From positions 17,354 to 81,353 of IMG/VR virus record IMGVR_UViG_3300049988_000375: a stretch of DNA of 64,000 nt; one strand, 5' to 3'. The stretch's first letter is position 1. Every line of letters starts with the position of its first letter. The notes under the pieces were generated by a model. That model worked only from the letters and a program-made list of their open reading frames with translations. It was not told the DNA's origin and did not search any database. Source of the stretch: a virus (Duplodnaviria > Caudoviricetes). The translations under genes were made by a program, and so were the position numbers. Shown here piece by piece: positions 62,675 through 64,000 of this stretch.

Positions 62675-64000
62675 GTGGGGGCGCTTACGCTTAAAGCCGT
62701 GCTGCACCCGAGGCAGCGCGAGGACGGAACGCAGCAGGTGCGTATTCGTTTGACAAAAGACCGCGTAGTTGCTTTTTTGGATGCCGGGTTTGCTATTTTT
62801 GCAAAACACTGGAATGCAAATGGCAAACTCGACGGGGCCGCGTGGGTGCGGGCGGGCAACAAAAGCGCGCTCTCGCTCAACAGCAAAATAGAAAACCTAC
62901 TGCGCGAGGCCCGCGACCTTGGCTTGGCTAGCCCGCTGCTCACAGCCGCCGAGGTGCGCGAGCGCTTGGTGGCGGGCGAGGGGCAGCCCCAAAAGCCCAC
63001 GCCGAAGCCCAAGGCCAGCGGCCCGCCCGCTGAGTTGCTGGCATGGGCGGCGCATTATGTGCGCGAGCGCAGCCGGACTGACAAGGCGAATACTGTAAAG
63101 TTCTATGCCTCCGCAGCCGCCGCGCTAAATAAGTGGCGCAACAAAGAGCCGCTGCCCTTGGCCGAGGTTTCGCGTGAAGACTTGGCCGAATACCAGCAGT
63201 GGCTTTTGACGCGAGCCGAGCGCCCTCTGTTCCCCGGCTCAGCGCGTGACCAAATGAAGAAGCTCTCCACGATACTGCGGGCGGCAGTCAAGGCGGGCGT
63301 TATGCCTGCCGCACCGTGGCCGTTTGAGGGGCTGGCCTTGCCGCCAGAGGGCAACAAGAACCCACCGCGCCGCCTGACTTACGCCCAACGGCAGCAGCTA
63401 ATGGAGTTTGACTTGTCGCAGATAAAGGTACTTCGGCGCGGCGCGAATTTTCACGCGAGCCTGCAAATTCGCCGTGACATATGGAGCTTACAGTATCACG
63501 TACGTGGCACCCGGTGTGGAGACATCATCCGGCTTCGTGAGCGCGATGTGACAGCTAGTCGCATTAGCTTCACCGAAACCAAGACGGGCAAGTACAAGAC
63601 CGTAGCACGCACCCCGCCTATCGACGCTATTCTTAGCCGCTACCCGGCAACTGGTGTTGGGGAAGCCTTCGTATTCCCCGTCCTAGATGCTGCGCAGCCC
63701 TACGCATCGCTACACCCAACCGTGGCGCAAGAGGCGGTGCTGGCGGACGAGTTGCGCGATGCCGTTATTTGGGTAAACTCGGGGCTGCGCGTAATTGCGC
63801 GGGCGGCTGGCCTGCCAAGTGTTACGTCTCACTCGGCCCGACATATGTACGCAGAGCGGGTGTATGACATAACCAAAGATATTCGCATTGTTCAGGCATC
63901 TTTTAACCACGCAAGCCTGTCTACGACAGAGAAATACATGCGCCCGCTAGGCTACGACGCACTCGACGCCGCTACACAGGATATTTTAGGTGAGCATTGA
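62675..64000 (+). CDS. int: Tyrosine integrase (arm-binding, SAM-like and catalytic domains)
   Basis: VRIRLTKDR arm domain; GTRCGD (R), SHSARH (HxxR), NHASLSTTEKY (H, Y). Confidence 0.95.
   Translation: MGALTLKAVLHPRQREDGTQQVRIRLTKDRVVAFLDAGFAIFAKHWNANGKLDGAAWVRAGNKSALSLNSKIENLLREARDLGLASPLLTAAEVRERLVAGEGQPQKPTPKPKASGPPAELLAWAAHYVRERSRTDKANTVKFYASAAAALNKWRNKEPLPLAEVSREDLAEYQQWLLTRAERPLFPGSARDQMKKLSTILRAAVKAGVMPAAPWPFEGLALPPEGNKNPPRRLTYAQRQQLMEFDLSQIKVLRRGANFHASLQIRRDIWSLQYHVRGTRCGDIIRLRERDVTASRISFTETKTGKYKTVARTPPIDAILSRYPATGVGEAFVFPVLDAAQPYASLHPTVAQEAVLADELRDAVIWVNSGLRVIARAAGLPSVTSHSARHMYAERVYDITKDIRIVQASFNHASLSTTEKYMRPLGYDALDAATQDILGEH

Larger units (their letters stand above)
1..64000. mobile_element. 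Temperate phage / prophage (continues beyond the left edge; att site not visible)
   Basis: Continuous packaging, head, tail, lysis, replication, immunity and integrase modules; no host housekeeping operon seen. Confidence 0.93.

Noticed and set aside
1-64000. CRISPR array, diversity-generating retroelement or retron
   Set aside because: No regularly spaced repeat-spacer array, no reverse-transcriptase (YxDD) ORF and no TR/VR pair seen
1-64000. Stop-codon reassignment as in some crAss-like phages
   Set aside because: Long genes are intact under the standard code; TAG, TAA and TGA all end genes; no suppressor tRNA

Overview
The whole window appears to be one temperate phage or prophage of a high-GC Bacteroidota host. 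Hymenobacter-like is an inference from TAnnTTTG -7 promoter elements, a Bacteroidota-type integrase layout and frequent TAG stops. Left arm, + strand (1-48.5 kb): end of terminase, portal, scaffold-like protein, major capsid protein, ring/muzzle-type tail genes, GNAT, large ejection-type proteins, several receptor-binding proteins, lysis cassette, metallophosphoesterase and three tRNAs. Gene sizes and order resemble a crAss-like podovirus virion module, but no virion RNA polymerase motif is visible. Right arm (49-64 kb) is a lambdoid-style early region: RusA-like resolvase, helicase, iteron-containing replication initiator, beta clamp, ERF, Xis, Cro, CI-type repressor and tyrosine integrase. 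The least ordinary signals are non-coding. (1) Seven copies of an exactly 74-bp three-site promoter cassette. (2) A remote inverted pair of replication-origin iterons 35 kb from the origin, abutting one cassette. (3) A structured, attenuator-like RNA leader in front of a DUF4326/ATP-grasp accessory operon. (4) A tRNA cluster with atypical anticodon loops, followed by an unexplained structured RNA. All protein calls come from motifs, size and synteny read by eye; no database searches were run.
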